Positions 52,782 through 64,000 of a stretch of DNA of 64,000 nucleotides are shown here, in pieces. Made by a program: the position numbers and the translations under genes. The number at the start of each line of letters is the position of its first letter. Within the stretch, counting starts at the first letter, position 1. Source of the stretch: an uncultured delta proteobacterium (GTDB lineage: Bacteria; Desulfobacterota; Binatia; UBA9968); NCBI GenBank assembly GCA_963771465.1, contig CAVYTU010000015.1:736001-800000 (forward strand), written 5' to 3'. Below the pieces are notes generated by a model. That model saw only the letters and a program-made list of their open reading frames with translations, did no database searches and was not told the DNA's origin.

Positions 52782-53048
52782 TCTCGCGCAAAGGCGCAAT
52801 GAACGCCAAGGTTCGGAAAACTCGAAGCACAAAACCCGAAACTCGAAACAAATCCAAAATGATGAAAAATCAAATTCAAACTAACTCGATTCGGATTCGA
52901 GGTTTTGGATTTTCCGGATTTGTGATTTATTTTGACCCGGTTTGTTTCGGATTTAGATAATCGGATTTCGGATTTTGGTTACGTGGTGTCTTGGCGCCAG
53001 CATAGAATTTTAGGCTTTATCTTCAATCCAAAATCGAAAATCCAAAAT
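52782..53048. repeat. Composite low-complexity palindromic element (AATCCAAAAT/ATTTCGGATT units)
   Basis: A-rich left arm and T-rich right arm with repeated cgaaa/tttcgg; flanked by cgccaag...cttggcg. Confidence 0.6.
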
Positions 53049-53058
53049 AGGATAGGGA

Positions 53059-59060
<6,002 letters not shown>

Positions 59061-59145
59061 TCCCGCAAAATTAACCACGCGGGTCGAATCTGCGGTTGGC
59101 AAACGATGAGCGGCCGTTAGCGTCAAGTATAATCGCTGGGGAAAT

Positions 59146-60027
59146 TTAGCTCGCCAAACCGACCGGCGCGGCGCTGTCGCCTTGGGCGACAGCGCGAATG
59201 GCGATTTCGGCGCCAAGCTCCGAAGTAACGGCGTTGCCGCGAAATGCGCCCGCCACCGGCGCCGCTAGCAATGGAGTTCCCGCCGCGGCCAACGCCACAT
59301 GGCGATCGGTGACCGCAACGCCCAGGCTCGGATCGTAACCGCGCCAGCCGGCGCCCGGTAAATACACTTCACTCCACGCTGCCAAGTACTGCAATTCGTT
59401 ATCCGCGCCGTTGATCCGATAGCCGCTGACATAGCGCGCGGCGATACCGACGTAGCGGCAGGCTTCGATGAAAAGCACGGCCATATCGCGGCAGGAGCCG
59501 CGTTTACGCAGGAGGGTATGCTCGGCGCCCAGTTGTCCACCGGGCTCGGGTCTAGTCTGCTGGCAGCACTCATAAATTTCCCGATTGAGCGCGCTCAGAA
59601 AACGCAGAGTCTTCCATTCGGTCTGGTTGGCGATTTGGCGCGCAAAGCGCTCGACCAAATCGCTATCGCCGAGCCGCGTGACATACGGCATCACGTAGGG
59701 CTTGATCAGGTCCATGTAACTGATCGGCAGCCGGTCAGCCCGGTCGGCGAGGATGTAGAGAAACGGGTTGCGGTATTGAGTGCATACCTTGGCCCGGCTC
59801 TCGATGACAAATCGCTCGGTGAGCCCCTCGAACCAAATATTCGAGACCACGTTGCCGTCAAGGTCTACGCTGTCCGAATATCCCGCCGGCCGTGGCTGGA
59901 CCTGCGAGTGGAAGTCGATCAAATTTTGCAAGCCATCGCAGCGCGGACGCACGCGCAGTTGATGCGGCTCCAGAAAAACCGGGCGGCTATAGGTATAAGT
60001 GGTTTTATGGCTGATTTCGAAATACAT
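59146..60027 (-). CDS. Transglutaminase family protein (N-terminal bacterial transglutaminase domain)
   Basis: H.T.Y.Y, GSCRD, ARYVSGY, YLPGAGWRGYDP. Confidence 0.9.
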   Translation of the reverse strand: MYFEISHKTTYTYSRPVFLEPHQLRVRPRCDGLQNLIDFHSQVQPRPAGYSDSVDLDGNVVSNIWFEGLTERFVIESRAKVCTQYRNPFLYILADRADRLPISYMDLIKPYVMPYVTRLGDSDLVERFARQIANQTEWKTLRFLSALNREIYECCQQTRPEPGGQLGAEHTLLRKRGSCRDMAVLFIEACRYVGIAARYVSGYRINGADNELQYLAAWSEVYLPGAGWRGYDPSLGVAVTDRHVALAAAGTPLLAAPVAGAFRGNAVTSELGAEIAIRAVAQGDSAAPVGLAS

Positions 60028-60072
60028 AGGTAAAATTTCCTGCTTGTTGCGCGGAACCCGTTCCCCATCCGC

Positions 60073-61053
60073 TTATTGACCAACTCGATCCGGCGACCGC
60101 GATCCGACGGGCCGGAGCGCGAAAAAGGTGTCGTAAATACACTGATCGACGTGATTCAACTTGGTCTGAAACGCGTCGAGAAATTCATGCGGTCCGCGCG
60201 CGACAATCTGGCGCGTGTCGGTATACGCCAACTCGGCGCGCAACTGGCCAAGGCGCTGCTCGGCGGTATTACGAAACATTCCGATGGGCGTGCCTGAAAT
60301 CGCGTGCAGCGAATCATTGGCGCTCGTCAGGCAGTAGTGAATCGAGCGCGGAAACTCATGATCCAAGACGAGAAAATTGATAATCTGTTCAGGCGCGATG
60401 TGGCCGTGGCGCTTGCGATACATTTCCAAAGCGCTGGCCGACCGCAACACCGCGGCCCATTGAATATCGTCCAACGGCGTACCCACATCGCTAACTGACG
60501 GCAGCAGCATGAAGTATTTTACATCGAGCAACCTCGAGGTTTTATCGGCGCGTTCGAGCAAACGACCCAAACGATAGAAGTGCCAAACTTCGCCGTGCAA
60601 CATGGTGGCGTCGGTAATACCGTGAAACAGTTGGCTAGCCTTTTTGACGTCGCTAAAAAAACTCGAAGGCGACATCATCAGTCGCTGGTTCGAGGCCGCC
60701 GCGTTGACCATCAAATAACAGCTGTTGACCTGCTCCCACATCTCCGGCGAAATCGACTCGCGAATCGTCCGAGCATTCTCCCGCGCCGCGCGCAGGCAGG
60801 ACACGATCGAGTTTGGGTTTTCCCCGTCAAAGGTGAGAAACTTGATCACGTTGTCCCGCGACGCCACGGAAAAGTTCGACAAGAACACGTCGTCGTCGCC
60901 GGAGATGCTCACCAGCGGATGCCATTGCTCCCGCGAGCCAATCGGCAGATCGAGCATCATTTGCAGGTTGACGTCGATGAAACGCGCGACGTTGTCGGCC
61001 CGTTCCATGTATCGGCTCAACCAGTAAATCGAATTGGCGACTCGGCTTAGCAT
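60073..61053 (-). CDS. Alpha-E domain protein (DUF403)
   Basis: MLSRVA..YW..RYMERA, ARENAR, LERAD.T.R, FPRS. Confidence 0.92.
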   Translation of the reverse strand: MLSRVANSIYWLSRYMERADNVARFIDVNLQMMLDLPIGSREQWHPLVSISGDDDVFLSNFSVASRDNVIKFLTFDGENPNSIVSCLRAARENARTIRESISPEMWEQVNSCYLMVNAAASNQRLMMSPSSFFSDVKKASQLFHGITDATMLHGEVWHFYRLGRLLERADKTSRLLDVKYFMLLPSVSDVGTPLDDIQWAAVLRSASALEMYRKRHGHIAPEQIINFLVLDHEFPRSIHYCLTSANDSLHAISGTPIGMFRNTAEQRLGQLRAELAYTDTRQIVARGPHEFLDAFQTKLNHVDQCIYDTFFALRPVGSRSPDRVGQ

Positions 61054-61089
61054 GATTGCGATTCTAGAAGTTCCTCGGTGGCGCGCCGT

Positions 61090-62523
61090 TCATGGCTGCA
61101 GTACCCAGGTGTCCTTGCTCCCTCCGCCCTGTGACGAGTTAACCACCAAGGAGCCCGGTTTGAGCGCGACCCGGGTCAATCCACCTGGCATCACGTAGAT
61201 GTCGCTGCCGTAGAGCACATAGGGACGCAGATCGACGTGACGGCCGACGACGCGGCCGTCGGCAATCACCGGCACCCGCGACAATCCCAAGGTCGGCTGG
61301 GCGATATAGTTGCGTGGATTCGCTTGAATGCGCCGGGCAAACTCAGCGCGTTCATCGACCGTCGCGTGCGGTCCCACCAGCATGCCGTAGCCGCCCGACT
61401 CGTTGACCGCCTTGACCACAAGTTGGTCCAAGCTCGCCACCACATAAGCTAGTTCCTTAGGCTCGGCGCAGACATAGGTCGGCACGTTGGGAATTAGGAT
61501 CTTCTCACCGAGATAGTACTCGATGATCTTCGGCACATAGGCGTAGATCGACTTGTCATCGGCGATGCCCGTCCCCGGAGCATTCGCCAACGCCACGCGC
61601 CCGCTCTTATAAATCTCCATGAGCCCCGGCACGCCGAGCAAGGAGTCCTCTCGAAACACTTGTGGGTCGAGAAAATCATCGTCGATACGCCGATACAGCA
61701 CATCGACGGGTTCAAATCCGTTGGTGGTGCGCATCATGATCCGGTTATTGACCGCTACCAGATCGCGCCCTTCGACCAATTCGACGCCCATTTGTTGCGC
61801 CAGAAATGAGTGTTCATAGTAAGCCGAATTGTAAATGCCCGGCGTCAGCAGCGCGACTTTGGGCGAGTCCATCGCCGCGGGAAAGAGTGACTGCAGCGTC
61901 GACAGCAGGCGACTGGGATACTCATCCACCGGCCTAACGTGCGACGCTTCGAAGACCTCGGGAAAGGTCCGCTTCATGATGCGGCGATTTTCCAGGACGT
62001 AAGAAACGCCTGAGGGACAGCGCAAATTATCCTCCAAGACATACATCTGGCCGTCGCGGTCGCGCACCAGATCGGTGCCGGTGATATGGCACCAGACCTC
62101 TTGCGGCGGATTGAGTCCGACGCATTCTTTGCGAAAAGAGCTCGCCGATTGGATCAGGTATTCAGGAACGACTTTGTCTTTGACGATTTTTTGCTCATGA
62201 TAAATATCGTCGACGAATAAATTGAGGGCGTAGACGCGTTGCTTCAAACCCTTTTCGAGCCAATCCCACTCGGCTGCTTCGACGATGCGCGGGATAACAT
62301 CGAATGGAAAAATTTTCTCGGTGGCCGCGCTATCGCTGTAAACGTTAAAGGTAATACCGTTCTGCAGCAGCAGGCTTTCAGCGGCAGCTTGGCGGGCGAG
62401 CAGCTCGCCGTCCGGCAGTGACTCGATCCGCTCTTTCAGCAAACGCGCGCCAGGCCGAGGAGTGCTGTCGGAGACAAACATCTCGTCATGAAAATCAGCC
62501 GTATCGTAATGGGCAAATTTCAT
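61090..62523 (-). CDS. Circularly permuted type 2 ATP-grasp protein (DUF404/407)
   Basis: GITFNVY, LEDNLRCPSGVSY, YRRIDDDFLDP, NSSQGGGSKDTW. Confidence 0.93.
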   Translation of the reverse strand: MKFAHYDTADFHDEMFVSDSTPRPGARLLKERIESLPDGELLARQAAAESLLLQNGITFNVYSDSAATEKIFPFDVIPRIVEAAEWDWLEKGLKQRVYALNLFVDDIYHEQKIVKDKVVPEYLIQSASSFRKECVGLNPPQEVWCHITGTDLVRDRDGQMYVLEDNLRCPSGVSYVLENRRIMKRTFPEVFEASHVRPVDEYPSRLLSTLQSLFPAAMDSPKVALLTPGIYNSAYYEHSFLAQQMGVELVEGRDLVAVNNRIMMRTTNGFEPVDVLYRRIDDDFLDPQVFREDSLLGVPGLMEIYKSGRVALANAPGTGIADDKSIYAYVPKIIEYYLGEKILIPNVPTYVCAEPKELAYVVASLDQLVVKAVNESGGYGMLVGPHATVDERAEFARRIQANPRNYIAQPTLGLSRVPVIADGRVVGRHVDLRPYVLYGSDIYVMPGGLTRVALKPGSLVVNSSQGGGSKDTWVLQP

Positions 62524-62596
62524 AGCCGATGCCGGCGCGAGCGCAAAGCCGCTGTAACCTCCGTAAGTTAACACAAACGCAGCGCCTTTTGTCCAC

Positions 62597-62612
62597 CGCA
62601 ACGACCATGCCA
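62597..62612 (-). promoter_or_regulatory. Sigma54 -24/-12 promoter for the ATP-grasp operon
   Basis: TGGCATG-GTCG-TTGCG, exact GG-N10-GC spacing, ~75 nt upstream of ATG 62523. Confidence 0.7.
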
Positions 62613-62925
62613 TGACAGCGCGCGAGATTTGCGTTGGTTAATTGCCTGCGTGTGCGGCGAACGACTAATTTTTCGGCACTGGGCTGCCTGACCTTTGGTC
62701 AGCAAGCGCCGCCGGCTAGTTGGACAATGAGTTATAAAAACCGCGCAATTGACATCTCAATCGAGCCGCCGGACGTCTCCTAATCGGGTGTGGAATCCTC
62801 TGTGACCAACTCTTACGCCGCTTTTTTAAGCGACCGCTGCTTAGTTTTTGGCATTCGCAGCGATCACTGGTGGTAACCGCCCTGCGAAACCCAGGGATAT
62901 TGAGGAAAATGGCGTCTCGTTATGC

Positions 62926-62941
62926 TGGTACGTTTTCTGCA
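62926..62941 (+). promoter_or_regulatory. Possible sigma54 -24/-12 promoter for glgP
   Basis: TGGTACG-TTTT-CTGCA, GG-N10-GC spacing. Confidence 0.5.
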
Positions 62942-63084
62942 CAGGATTTTCTCCGCAGGTTTTGCGGGCTGATGGGTGTCACTAGTGATTTAGTAATCTG
63001 ATCAGGAAAACTTGCACAGCGGCCTCATTTCTCGAATGGACCAAAACGCCGCGTCAGTCAGCGCGCGCACACCGGTGAACGCAA

Positions 63085-64000
63085 ATGATGCCAAAAGAAA
63101 TCCGGCCCAACTATATCGCTTACTTTTCCATGGAAGTTGGCCTCGATTCGGCGATGCCGACATACAGCGGCGGGCTCGGTGTTCTCGCCGGCGACACATT
63201 GCGCGCCGCCGCCGATCTTAACCTGCCAATGATCGGCGTGACGCTCCTACACCGCAAGGGATATTTTCGCCAAACTCTCGACCGCAACGGCAATCAAACC
63301 GAGAGCCCAGTGGATTGGGACTACGAAGAAGCCTTGGAACCGATGGTGCCGCGCGCCTTCGTGCCTATCGCCGGAAGGGCGGTGGTGGTTCGTGCCTGGC
63401 GTTATGTCGTGCGCGGCGTCTTTGGTCATACGGTGCCGGTCTATTTCCTCGACAGCGGGTTGAAGGAAAACTCTCCCTGGGAACAAAGCTTGACTGCGGC
63501 GCTCTACGACGGCGACACGCGCCATCGTCTCTGTCAGGAAATCGTTTTGGGTATGGGCGGCGTAGCGATGCTCCAAGCCCTCGGCTACAAGAATGTTAGC
63601 ACGCACCATATGAATGAGGGCCACGCCGCGTTTTTAACCTTGGCCCTTTTGGAGCGCGAAGTGGCGCGCGGCGATTTGACCGCGGTGACGGAAACCGATA
63701 GCGAGGCGGTGCGCCAACGCAGCGTATTCACCACTCACACTCCGGTGCCGGCCGGTCATGACCAGTTTGCCGTCGACCTTGTGCGCGAGGTTTTAGGCGC
63801 CGAACGCTTGACCGCCTTGGAAAAGCTGCAGTGCATTGATAACGGCATGCTCAATATGACCTATCTGGCGCTGCATATGTCGCGTTATGTGAACGGCGTC
63901 GCCATGCGCCACGGCGAAATATCCCGCGACATGTTTCCCCATTATGCCATCGATTCGATCACCAATGGCGTGCATGCGCTCGACCTGGACCGCGGCGCCG
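63085..64000 (+). CDS. glgP: Alpha-glucan (glycogen) phosphorylase, partial, runs off the window end
   Basis: IAYFSME.G....PTYSGGLGVLAGD, HMNEGHAAF, FTTHTPVPAGHD, ITNGVH. Confidence 0.92.
   Translation, partial: MMPKEIRPNYIAYFSMEVGLDSAMPTYSGGLGVLAGDTLRAAADLNLPMIGVTLLHRKGYFRQTLDRNGNQTESPVDWDYEEALEPMVPRAFVPIAGRAVVVRAWRYVVRGVFGHTVPVYFLDSGLKENSPWEQSLTAALYDGDTRHRLCQEIVLGMGGVAMLQALGYKNVSTHHMNEGHAAFLTLALLEREVARGDLTAVTETDSEAVRQRSVFTTHTPVPAGHDQFAVDLVREVLGAERLTALEKLQCIDNGMLNMTYLALHMSRYVNGVAMRHGEISRDMFPHYAIDSITNGVHALDLDRGA

Noticed and set aside
52757-52960. 67-aa ORF
   Set aside because: It is a translation of a low-complexity palindromic repeat.

Overview
GC-rich bacterial window dominated by heterotrophic and catabolic genes: eight solute-binding proteins (NMT1/SsuA, Bug/TctC, Fe3+-type, family 5), an FAD oxidoreductase paired with a molybdopterin oxidoreductase, LLM, MBL, VOC and alpha/beta hydrolases, a Rieske dioxygenase, a CoxSML-like Mo-hydroxylase and a TPP enzyme. 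The gene content and intergenic palindromes resemble Candidatus Binatia or related soil deltaproteobacteria (inference only). Several genes carry single-base frameshifts, probably long-read indels. Three things stand out. (1) An ~8 kb candidate immune island (23.2-31.2 kb) begins where an amidohydrolase gene is cut off. It holds two convergent modules: caspase-[DRHyd]x2-TPR followed by a DUF900 hydrolase, and patatin followed by DRHyd-TPR-SLOG, resembling an ASK-signalosome/TPR-S nucleotide-sensing system. (2) Two in-frame UGA codons are each followed by a SECIS-like hairpin. One is at the canonical Sec site of a GrdB-family protein whose resolving cysteines are replaced by Ser. The other replaces the conserved Cys of a YccU-type CoA-binding protein, a candidate unrecognised selenoprotein. 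(3) A ~6 kb histidine kinase gene has 10 GAF domains built by ~1 kb tandem duplications. The window ends with divergent sigma54-type promoters between an ATP-grasp/alpha-E/transglutaminase operon and glgP.
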